Positions 12,668 through 23,517 of a stretch of DNA of 64,000 nt are shown in pieces. Every line of letters begins with the position of its first letter. Position 1 is the stretch's first letter. A program made the translations under genes and the position numbers. Source of the DNA: Eledone cirrhosa (Eukaryota). Under the pieces are notes generated by a model, which was given only the letters and a program-made list of their open reading frames with translations, was not told the origin of the DNA and did not search any database. The stretch spans positions 130,324,001 through 130,388,000 of the forward strand of contig OZ024744.1 in NCBI GenBank assembly GCA_964016885.1, given 5' to 3'.

Positions 12668-13640
12668 AGTCGGGGTTAAGTTAAGTTGGCGTTAAGTTAA
12701 GTTGGCGTTAAGTTAAGTTAGGCTTAACTTAAGTTGGGGTTCAGTTAAGTTGGGGTTAAGTTAAGTTGGTGTTAAGTTAAGTTGGGGCTAAGTTAAGTTG
12801 GGGCTGAGTTAAGTTGGGGCTGAGTTAAGTTGGGGTTAAGTTAAGTTGGGGTTGAGTTAAGTTGGGGTTAAGTTAAGTTGGGGTCAAGTTAAGTTGGGGT
12901 TAAGTTGGGGTTAAGTTAAGTTAGGTTTAAGTTAAGTTGGGGTTAAGTTAAGTTGGGGTTAAGTTAAGTTGGGGTTAAGTTAAGTTGGGGATAAGTTAAT
13001 TTGTGGTTAAGTTAAGTTGGGGTTAAGTTAAGTTGGGGTTAAGTTAAGTCGGGGTTAAGATGGGGTTAAATTACGTTGGAGTTAAGTTAAGTTGGGGTTA
13101 AGTTAAGTTGGGGTTAAGTTAAGTTGGGGTTAAGTTAAGTCGGGGTTAATTTAAGTCGGGGTTAAGTTAAGTTAGGGTTCAGTTAAGTTGGGGTTAAGTT
13201 AAGTTGGGCTTGAGTTAAGTTGGGGTTGAGTTAAATTGGGGTTGAGTTAAGTTGGGGTTGAGTTAAGTTGGTGTTGAGTTAAGTTGGGGTTAAGTTAAGT
13301 TGGGGTTAAGTTAAGTTGCAGTTAAGTTAAGTTGAGGTTAAGTTAAGGTGCGGTTAAGTTAAGTTGGGCTTAAGTTAAGTTGGGGCTAAGTTAAGTTGGG
13401 GCTAAGTTAAGTTGGGGCTAAGTTAAGTTGGGGTTAAGTTAAGTTGGGGTTAAGTTAAGTCGGGGTTAAGTTAAGTTGGGGTTAAGTTAAGTTGGGGTTA
13501 AGTTAAGTTGGGGTTAAGTTAAGTTGGTTAGTTAAGTTGAGTTTAAGTTAAGTTGGGGTTAATTTAAGTTGGCGTTAAGTTAAGTTGGGGTTAAGTTAAG
13601 TTGGGGTTAAGTTAAGTTGGGGTTAAGTTAAGTTGGGGTT

Positions 13641-13815
13641 AACCCCAACTTAACTTAACCCCAACTTCACTCAACCCCAACGTAACTCAACCCCAACTTA
13701 ACTTAACCCCAACTTCACTCAACCCCAACTTAACTTAACCCCAACTTCACTCAACCCCAACTTCCAACTTGACTTAACCCCAACTTAACTTAGCCCCAAC
13801 TTAACTTAAGCCCAA
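13641..13815 (-). repeat. Inverted segment 8 (175-bp class)
   Basis: Same junctions and scar. Confidence 0.95.
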
Positions 13816-15442
13816 AGTCGGGGTTAAGTTAAGTTGGCGTTAAGTTAAGTTGGCGTTAAGTTAAGTTAGGCTTAACTTAAGTTGGGGTTCAGTTAAGTTG
13901 GGGTTAAGTTAAGTTGGTGTTAAGTTAAGTTGGGGCTAAGTTAAGTTGGGGCTGAGTTAAGTTGGGGCTGAGTTAAGTTGGGGTTAAGTTAAGTTGGGGT
14001 TGAGTTAAGTTGGGGTTAAGTTAAGTTGGGGTCAAGTTAAGTTGGGGTTAAGTTGGGGTTAAGTTAAGTTAGGTTTAAGTTAAGTTGGGGTTAAGTTAAG
14101 TTGGGGTTAAGTTAAGTTGGGGTTAAGTTAAGTTGGGGTTAAGTTAATTTGTGGTTAAGTTAAGTTGGGGTTAAGTTAAGTTGGGGTTAAGTTAAGTCGG
14201 GGTTAAGTTAAGTTGGGGTTAAGTTAAGTTGGGGTTAATTTAAGTTGGGGTTAAGTTAAGTTGGGGTTAAGTTAAGTTGGGGATAATTTAAGTTGGGGTT
14301 AAGTTAAGTTTGGGTTTAAGTTAAGTTGGGGTTAAGTTAAGTTGGGGTTAAGTTAAGTTGGGGTTAAGTTAAGTTGGTTAGTTAAGTTGAGTTTAAGTTA
14401 AGTTGGGGTTAATTTAAGTTGGGGTTAAGTTACGCTGGGGTTAAGTTAAGTTGGGGTTAAGTTAAGTTGGGGTTAATTTAAGTTGGGGTTAAGTTAAGTT
14501 GCGGGTAATTTAAGTTGGGGTTAAGTTAAGTTGGGGTTAAGTTAAGTTGGGGTTAAGTTAAGTTGGGGTTAAGTTAAGTTGGGGCTAATTTAAGTTGGGG
14601 CTGAGTTAAGTTGGGGTTAAGTTAAGTTGGGGTTAAGTTAAGTTGGGGTTAAGTTAAGTTGGGGTTAATTTAAGTTGGGGTTTATTTAAGTTGGGGTTAA
14701 GTTAAGTTGGGGTTCAGTTAAGTTGGGGTTCAGTTAAGTTGGGGTTAAGTTAAGTTGGGGTTAAGATGGGGTTAAATTACGTTGGAGTTAAGTTAAGTTG
14801 GGGTTAAGTTAAGTTGGGGTTAAGTTAAGTTGGGGTTAAGTTAAGTCGGGGTTAATTTAAGTCGGGGTTAAGTTAAGTTAGGGTTCAGTTAAGTTGGGGT
14901 TAAGTTAAGTTGGGCTTGAGTTAAGTTGGGGTTGAGTTAAATTGGGGTTGAGTTAAGTTGGGGTTGAGTTAAGTTGTTGTTGAGTTAAGTTGGGGTTAAG
15001 TTAAGTTGGGGTTAAGTTAAGTTGCAGTTAAGTTAAGTTGAGGTTAAGTTAAGGTGCGGTTAAGTTAAGTTGGGCTTAAGTTAAGTTGGGGCTAAGTTAA
15101 GTTGGGGCTAAGTTAAGTTGGGGCTAAGTTAAGTTGGGGTTAAGTTAATTTGGGGTTAAGTTAAGTCGGGGTTAAGTTAAGTTGGGGTTAAGTTAAGTTG
15201 GGGTTAAGTTAAGTTGGGGTTAAGTTAAGTTGGGGTTAAGTTAAGTTGGGGTTAAGTTAAGTTGGGGTTAAGTTAATTTGTGGTTTAGTTAAGTTGGGGT
15301 TAAGTTAAGTTGGGGTTAAGTTAAGTTGGGGTTAAGTTAAGTTGGTTAGTTAAGTTGAGTTTAAGTTAAGTTGGGGTTAATTTAAGTTGGGGTTAAGTTA
15401 AGTTGGGGTTAAGTTAAGTTGGGGTTAAGTTAAGTTGGGGTT

Positions 15443-15617
15443 AACCCCAACTTAACTTAACCCCAACTTCACTCAACCCCAACGTAACTCAACCCCAACT
15501 TAACTTAACCCCAACTTCACTCAACCCCAACTTAACTTAACCCCAACTTCACTCAACCCCAACTTTCAACTTGACTTAACCCCAACTTAACTTAGCCCCA
15601 ACTTAACTTAAGCCCAA
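15443..15617 (-). repeat. Inverted segment 9 (175-bp class)
   Basis: Scar reads AACTTTCAAC (one substitution). Confidence 0.95.
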
Positions 15618-16722
15618 AGTCGGGGTTAAGTTAAGTTGGCGTTAAGTTAAGTTGGCGTTAAGTTAAGTTAGGCTTAACTTAAGTTGGGGTTCAGTTAAGT
15701 TGGGGGTAAGTTAAGTTGGGGTTAAGTTAAGTTAGGGTTAAGTTAAGTTGGGGTTGAGTTAAGTTGGGGTTAATTAAGTGGTGGTTATGTTAAGTTGGGG
15801 TTAAGTTAAGTTGGGGTTAATTTAAATTGGGGTTAAGTTAACTTTGTGGTTAAGTTAAGTTGGGGTTAAGTTACGTTGGGGTAAAGTTGGGGTTGAGTTA
15901 AGTTCGGGTTGAGTGAAGTTGGGGTTAAGTTAAGTTGGGGTTAAGTTAAGTTGGGGTTAAGATAAGTCGGGGTTAAGTTAAGTTGTGGTTGAGTTAAGTT
16001 GGGGTTAATTTAAGTTGGGGCTAAGTTAATTTGTGGTTAAGTTAAGTTGGGGTTAAGTTAAGTTGGGGTTAAGTTAAGTTGGGGTTGAGTTAAGTTGGGG
16101 CTAAGTTAATTTGGGGTTAAGTTAAGTTGGGGTTAAGTTAAGTTGGGTTTAAGTTAAGTTGGGGTTAAATTAAGTTGGGGTTAAATTAAGTTGGGGTTAA
16201 GTTAAGTTGGGGGTAAGTTAAGTTGGGGCTGAGTTAAGTTGGGGTTAAGTTAAGTTGAGGTTAAGTTAAGTTGGGGTTAAATTAAGTTGGGGTCAAGTTA
16301 AGTTGGGGTTAAGTTAAGTTGGGGATAAGTTAAGTTGGGGATAATTTAAGTTGGGGTTAAGTTAAGTTGGGGTTAAGTTAAGTTGGGGTTAAGTTAAGTT
16401 GGGGATAAGTTAAGTTGGGGTTAAGTTAAGTTGGGGTTAAGTTAAGTTGGGGTTAAGTTAAGTTGGGGCTAAGTTAAGTTGGGGCTGAGTTAAGTTGGGG
16501 TTAAGTTAAGTTGGGGGTTAAGTTAAGTTGGGGTTAATTTAAGTTGGGGTTTATTTAAGTTGGGGTTAAGTTAAGTTGGGGTTCAGTTAAGTTGGGGTTA
16601 AGTTAAGTTGGGGTTAAGATGGGGTTAAATTAAGTTGGGGTTAAGTTAAGTTGGGGTTAAGTTAAGTTGGGTTTAAGTTAAGTTGGGGTTAAGTTAAGTT
16701 GGGGTTAAGTTAAGTTGGGGTT

Positions 16723-16881
16723 AACCCCAACTTAACTTAACCCCAACTTCACTCAACCCCAACGTAACTCAACCCCAACTTAACTTAACCCCAACTTCAC
16801 TCAACCCCAACTTAACTTAACCCCAACTTCACTCAACCCCAACTTCCAACTTGACTTAACCCCAACTTAACTTAAGCCCAA
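16723..16881 (-). repeat. Inverted segment 10 (159 bp; 175-bp class minus one monomer)
   Basis: Scar present, AGCCCC monomer missing. Confidence 0.95.
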
Positions 16882-19025
16882 AGTCGGGGTTAAGTTAAGT
16901 TGGCGTTAAGTTAAGTTGGCGTTAAGTTAAGTTAGGCTTAACTTAAGTTGGGGTTCAGTTAAGTTGGGGGTAAGTTAAGTTGGGGTTAAGTTAAGTTAGG
17001 GTTAAGTTAAGTTGGGGTTGAGTTAAGTTGGGGTTAATTAAGTGGTGGTTATGTTAAGTTGGGGTTAAGTTAAGTTGCGGTTAAGTTGGGGTTAAGTTAA
17101 GTTAGGGTTAAGTTAAGTTGGCGTTGAGTTAAGTTGGGGTTAATTAAGTGGTGGTTATGTTAAGTTGGGGTTAATTTAAATTGGGGTGAAGTTAACTTTG
17201 TGGTTAAGTTAAGTTGGGGTTAAGTTAAGTTGGGGTTAAGTTGGGGTTGAGTTAAGTTGGGGTTGAGTGAAGTTGGGGTTAAGTTAAGTTGGGGTAAAGT
17301 TAAGTTGGGGTTAAGTTAAGTCGGGGTTAAGTTAAGTTGTGGTTGAGTTAAGTTGGGGTTAATTTAAGTTGGGGCTAAGTTAATTTGTGGTTAAGTTAAG
17401 TTGGGGTTAAGTTAAGTTGGGGTTAAGTTAAGTTGGGGTTAAGTTAAGTTGCAGTTAAGTTAAGTTGAGGTTAAGTTAAGTTGGGGTTAAGTTAAGTTGG
17501 GGCTAAGTTAAGTTGGGGCTAAGTTAAGTTGGGGCTAAGTTAAGTTGGGGTTAAGTTAAGTTGGGGTTAAGTTAACTTGGGGTTAAGTTAAGTTGGGGTT
17601 AAGTTAAGTTGGGGTTAAGTTAAGTTGGTGTTAAGTTAAGTTGGGGCTAAATTAAGTTGGGGCTGAGTTAAGTTGGGGCTGAGTTAAGTTGGGGTTAAGT
17701 TAAGTTGGGGTTGAGTTAAGTTGGGGTTAAGTTAAGTTGGGGTCAAGTTAAGTTGGGGTTAAGTTGGGGTTAAGTTAAGTTAGGTTTAAGTTAAGTTGGG
17801 GTTAAGTTAAGTTGGGGTTAAGTTAAGTTGGGGTTAAGTTAAGTTGGGGTTAAGTTAATTTGTGGTTAAGTTAAGTTGGGGTTAAGTTAAGTTGGGGTTA
17901 AGTTAAGTCGGGGTTAAGTTAAGTTGGGGTTAAGTTAAGTTGGGGTTAATTTAAGTTGGGGTTAAGTTAAGTTGGGGTTAAGTTAAGTTGGGGATAATTT
18001 AAGTTGGGGTTAAGTTAAGTTTGGGTTTAAGTTAAGTTGGGGTTAAGTTAAGTTGGGGTTAAGTTAAGTTGGGGTTAAGTTAAGTTGGTTAGTTAAGTTG
18101 AGTTTAAGTTAAGTTGGGGTTAATTTAAGTTGGGGTTAAGTTAAGCTGGGGTTAAGTTAAGTTGGGGTTAAGTTAAGTTGGGGTTAATTTAAGTTGGGGT
18201 TAAGTTAAGTTGCGGGTAATTTAAGTTGGGGTTAAGTTAAGTTGGGGTTAAGTTAAGTTGGGGTTAAGTTAAGTTGGGGTTAAGTTAAGTTGGGGCTAAT
18301 TTAAGTTGGGGCTGAGTTAAGTTGGGGTTAAGTTAAGTTGGGGTTAAGTTAAGTTGGGGTTAAGTTAAGTTGGGGTTAAGTTAAGTTGGGGTTTATTTAA
18401 GTTGGGGTTAAGTTAAGTTGGGGTTCAGTTAAGTTGGGGTTCAGTTAAGTTGGGGTTAAGTTAAGTTGGGGTTAAGATGGGGTTAAATTACGTTGGAGTT
18501 AAGTTAAGTTGGGGTTAAGTTAAGTTGGGGTTAAGTTAAGTTGGGGTTAAGTTAAGTCGGGGTTAATTTAAGTCGGGGTTAAGTTAAGTTAGGGTTCAGT
18601 TAAGTTGGGGTTGAGTTAAATTGGGGTTGAGTTAAGTTGGGGTTGAGTTAAGTTGGTGTTGAGTTAAGTTGGGGTTAAGTTAAGTTGGGGTTAAGTTAAG
18701 TTGCAGTTAAGTTAAGTTGAGGTTAAGTTAAGGTGCGGTTAAGTTAAGTTGGGCTTAAGTTAAGTTGGGGCTAAGTTAAGTTGGGGCTAAGTTAAGTTGG
18801 GGCTAAGTTAAGTTGGGGTTAAGTTAAGTTGGGGTTAAGTTAAGTCGGGGTTAAGTTAAGTTGGGGTTAAGTTAAGTTGGGGTTAAGTTAAGTTGGGGTT
18901 AAGTTAAGTTGGTTAGTTAAGTTGAGTTTAAGTTAAGTTGGGGTTAATTTAAGTTGGGGTTAAGTTAAGTTGGGGTTAAGTTAAGTTGGGGTTAAGTTAA
19001 GTTGGGGTTAAGTTAAGTTGGGGTT

Positions 19026-19200
19026 AACCCCAACTTAACTTAACCCCAACTTCACTCAACCCCAACGTAACTCAACCCCAACTTAACTTAACCCCAACTT
19101 CACTCAACCCCAACTTAACTTAACCCCAACTTCACTCAACCCCAACTTCCAACTTGACTTAACCCCAACTTAACTTAGCCCCAACTTAACTTAAGCCCAA
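19026..19200 (-). repeat. Inverted segment 11 (175-bp class)
   Basis: Same junctions and scar. Confidence 0.95.
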
Positions 19201-19827
19201 AGTCGGGGTTAAGTTAAGTTGGCGTTAAGTTAAGTTGGGGTTAAGTTAAGTTAGGCTTAACTTAAGTTGGGGTTCAGTTAAGTTGGGGTTAAGTTAAGTT
19301 GGTGTTAAGTTAAGTTGGGGCTAAGTTAAGTTGGGGCTGAGTTAAGTTGGGGCTGAGTTAAGTTGGGGTTAAGTTAAGTTGGGGTTGAGTTAAGTTGGGG
19401 TTAAGTTAAGTTGGGGTCAAGTTAAGTTGGGGTTAAGTTGGGGTTAAGTTAAGTTAGGTTTAAGTTAAGTTGGGGTTAAGTTAAGTTGGGGTTAAGTTAA
19501 GTTGGGGTTAAGTTAAGTTGGGGTTAAGTTAATTTGTGGTTAAGTTAAGTTGGGGTTAAGTTAAGTTGGGGTTAAGGTAAGTCGGGGTTAAGTTAAGTTG
19601 GGGTTAAGTTAAGTTGGGGTTAATTTAAGTTGGGGTTAAGTTAAGTTGGGGTTAAGTTAAGTTGGGGATAATTTAAGTTGGGGTTAAGTTAAGTTTGGGT
19701 TTAAGTTAAGTTGGGGTTAAGTTAAGTTGGGGTTAAGTTAAGTTGGGGTTAAGTTAAGTTGGTTAGTTAAGTTGAGTTTAAGTTAAGTTGGGGTTAATTT
19801 AAGTTGGGGTTAAGTTAAGCTGGGGTT

Positions 19828-20002
19828 AACCCCAACTTAACTTAACCCCAACTTCACTCAACCCCAACGTAACTCAACCCCAACTTAACTTAACCCCAAC
19901 TTCACTCAACCCCAACTTAACTTAACCCCAACTTCACTCAACCCCAACTTCCAACTTGACTTAACCCCAACTTAACTTAGCCCCAACTTAACTTAAGCCC
20001 AA
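19828..20002 (-). repeat. Inverted segment 12 (175-bp class)
   Basis: Same scar; left flank atypical (AAGCTGGGGTT|AACCCC). Confidence 0.95.
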
Positions 20003-21501
20003 AGTCGGGGTTAAGTTAAGTTGGCGTTAAGTTAAGTTGGGGTTAAGTTAAGTTAGGCTTAACTTAAGTTGGGGTTCAGTTAAGTTGGGGTTAAGTTAAG
20101 TTGGTGTTAAGTTAAGTTGGGGCTAAGTTAAGTTGGGGCTGAGTTAAGTTGGGGCTGAGTTAAGTTGGGGTTAAGTTAAGTTGGGGTTGAGTTAAGTTGG
20201 GGTTAAGTTAAGTTGGGGTCAAGTTAAGTTGGGGTTAAGTTGGGGTTAAGTTAAGTTAGGTTTAAGTTAAGTTGGGGTTAAGTTAAGTTGGGGTTAAGTT
20301 AAGTTGGGGTTAAGTTAAGTTGGGGTTAAGTTAATTTGTGGTTAAGTTAAGTTGGGGTTAAGTTAAGTTGGGGTTAAGTTAAGTCGGGGTTAAGTTAAGT
20401 TGGGGTTAAGTTAAGTTGGGGTTAATTTAAGTTGGGGTTAAGTTAAGTTGGGGTTAAGTTAAGTTGGGGATAATTTAAGTTGGGGTTAAGTTAAGTTTGG
20501 GTTTAAGTTAAGTTGGGGTTAAGTTAAGTTGGGGTTAAGTTAAGTTGGGGTTAAGTTAAGTTGGTTAGTTAAGTTGAGTTTAAGTTAAGTTGGGGTTAAT
20601 TTAAGTTGGGGTTAAGTTAAGCTGGGGTTAATTTAAGTTGGGGTTAAGTTAAGTTGCGGGTAATTTAAGTTGGGGTTAAGTTAAGTTGGGGTTAAGTTAA
20701 GTTGGGGTTAAGTTAAGTTGGGGTTAAGTTAAGTTGGGGCTAATTTAAGTTGGGGCTGAGTTAAGTTGGGGTTAAGTTAAGTTGGGGTTAAGTTAAGTTG
20801 GGGTTAAGTTAAGTTGGGGTTAAGTTAAGTTGGGGTTTATTTAAGTTGGGGTTAAGTTAAGTTGGGGTTCAGTTAAGTTGGGGTTCAGTTAAGTTGGGGT
20901 TAAGTTAAGTTGGGGTTAAGATGGGGTTAAATTACGTTGGAGTTAAGTTAAGTTGGGGTTAAGTTAAGTTGGGGTTAAGTTAAGTTGGTGTTAAGTTAAG
21001 TCGGGGTTAATTTAAGTCGGGGTTAAGTTAAGTTAGGGTTCAGTTAAGTTGGGGTTAAGTTAAGTTGGGCTTGAGTTAAGTTGGGGTTGAGTTAAATTGG
21101 GGTTGAGTTAAGTTGGGGTTGAGTTAAGTTGGTGTTGAGTTAAGTTGGGGTTAAGTTAAGTTGGGGTTAAGTTAAGTTGCAGTTAAGTTAAGTTGAGGTT
21201 AAGTTAAGGTGCGGTTAAGTTAAGTTGGGCTTAAGTTAAGTTGGGGCTAAGTTAAGTTGGGGCTAAGTTAAGTTGGGGCTAAGTTAAGTTGGGGTTAAGT
21301 TAAGTTGGGGTTAAGTTAAGTCGGGGTTAAGTTAAGTTGGGGTTAAGTTAAGTTGGGGTTAAGTTAAGTTGGGGTTAAGTTAAGTTGGTTAGTTAAGTTG
21401 AGTTTAAGTTAAGTTGGGGTTAATTTAAGTTGGGGTTAAGTTAAGTTGGGGTTAAGTTAAGTTGGGGTTAAGTTAAGTTGGGGTTAAGTTAAGTTGGGGT
21501 T

Positions 21502-21676
21502 AACCCCAACTTAACTTAACCCCAACTTCACTCAACCCCAACGTAACTCAACCCCAACTTAACTTAACCCCAACTTCACTCAACCCCAACTTAACTTAAC
21601 CCCAACTTCACTCAACCCCAACTTCCAACTTGACTTAACCCCAACTTAACTTAGCCCCAACTTAACTTAAGCCCAA
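21502..21676 (-). repeat. Inverted segment 13 (175-bp class)
   Basis: Same junctions and scar. Confidence 0.95.
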
Positions 21677-23301
21677 AGTCGGGGTTAAGTTAAGTTGGCG
21701 TTAAGTTAAGTTGGCGTTAAGTCAAGTTAGGCTTAACTTAAGTTGGGGTTCAGTTAAGTTGGGGGTAAGTTAAGTTGGGGTTAAGTTAAGTTAGGGTTAA
21801 GTTAAGTTGGGGTTGAGTTAAGTTGGGGTTAATTAAGTGGTGGTTATGTTAAGTTGGGGTTAAGTTAAGTTGGGGTTAATTTAAATTGGGGTTAAGTTAA
21901 CTTTGTGGTTAAGTTAAGTTGGGGTTAAGTTAAGTTGGGGTAAAGTTGGGGTTGAGTTAAGTTGGGGTTGAGTGAAGTTGGGGTTAAGTTAAGTTGGGGT
22001 TAAGTTAAGTTGGGGTTAAGATAAGTTGGGGTTAAGTTAAGTTGTGGTTGAGTTAAGTTGGGGTTAATTTAAGTTGGGGCTAAGTTAATTTGTGGTTAAG
22101 TTAAGTTGGGGTTAAGTTAAGTTGGGGTTAAGTTAAGTTGGGGTTGAGTTAAGTTGGGGCTAAGTTAATTTGGGGTTAAGTTAAGTTGGGGTTAAGTTAA
22201 GTTGGGTTTAAGTTAAGTTGGGGTTAAATTAAGTTGGGGTTAAATTAAGTTGGGGTTAAGTTAAGTTGGGGGTAAGTTAAGTTGGGGCTGAGTTAAGTTG
22301 GGGTTAAGTTAAGTTGAGGTTAAGTTAAGTTGGGGTTAAATTAAGTTGGGGTTAAGTTAAGTTGGGGTTAAGTTAAGTTGGGGATAAGTTAAGTTGGGGA
22401 TAATTTAAGTTGGGGTTAAGTTAAGTTGGGGTTAAGTTAAGTTGGGGTTAAGTTAAGTTGGGGATAAGTTAAGTTGGGGTTAAGTTAAGTTGGGGTTAAG
22501 TTAAGTTGGGGTTAAGTTAAGTTGGGGCTAAGTTAAGTTGGGGCTGAGTTAAGTTGGGGTTAAGTTAAGTTGGGGGTTAAGTTAAGTTGGGGTTAATTTA
22601 AGTTGGGGTTTATTTAAGTTGGGGTTAAGTTAAGTTGGGGTTCAGTTAAGTTGGGGTTAAGTTAAGTTGGGGTTAAGATGGGGTTAAATTAAGTTGGGGT
22701 TAAGTTAAGTTGGGGTTAAGTTAAGTTGGGGTTAAGTTAAGTTGGGGTTAAGTTAAGTCGGGGTTAAGTTAAGTCGGGGTTAAGTTAAGTTAGGGTTCAG
22801 TTAAGTTGGGGTTAAGTTAAGTTGGGGTTGAGTTAAGTTGGGGTTGAGTTAAATTGGGGTTGAGTTAAGTTGGGGTTGAGTTAAGTTTGTGTTGAGTTAA
22901 GTTGGGGTTAAGTTAAGTTGGGGTTAAGTTAAGTTGCAGTTAAGTTAAGTTGAGGTTAAGTTAAGGTGCGGTTAAGTTAAGTTGGGGTTAAGTTAAGTTG
23001 GGGCTAAGTTAAGTTGGGGCTAAGTTAAGTTGGGGTTAAATTACGTTGGGGTTAAGTTAAGTCGGGGTTAAGTTAAGTTGGGGTTAAGTTAAGTTGGGGT
23101 TAATTTAAGTTGGGGTTAAGTTAAGTTGGGGTTAAGTTAAGTTGGGGTTAAGTTAAGTTGGGGTTAAGTTGGGTTTAAGTTAAGTTGGGGTTAAGTTAAG
23201 TTGGTTAGTTAAGTTGAGTTTAAGTTAAGTTGGGGTTAATTTAAGTTGGGGTTAAGTTAAGTTGGGGTTAAGTTAAGTTGGGGTTAAGTTAAGTTGGGGT
23301 T

Positions 23302-23517
23302 AACCCCAACTTAACTTAACCCCAACTTAACTTAACCCCAACTTCACTCAACCCCAACGTAACTCAACCCCAATTTAACTTAACCCCAACTTCACTCAAC
23401 CCCAACTTAACTTAACCCCAACTTCACTCAATCCCAACTTAAGTCAACCCCAACTTAACTTAACCCCAACTTGACTTAACCCCAACTTAACTTAGCCCCA
23501 ACTTAACTTAAGCCCAA
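23302..23517 (-). repeat. Inverted segment 14 (216-bp class)
   Basis: CAATTT and CAATCCC variants. Confidence 0.95.

Larger units (their letters stand above)
3664..23301 (+). repeat. About three imperfect copies of a ~6.5-kb super-repeat of HOR units
   Basis: Units with a doubled GTGGTGGTTATG marker follow inversions at 3664, 10142 and 16723 (offsets 6478, 6581), each followed by the same order of unit types. Confidence 0.7.
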
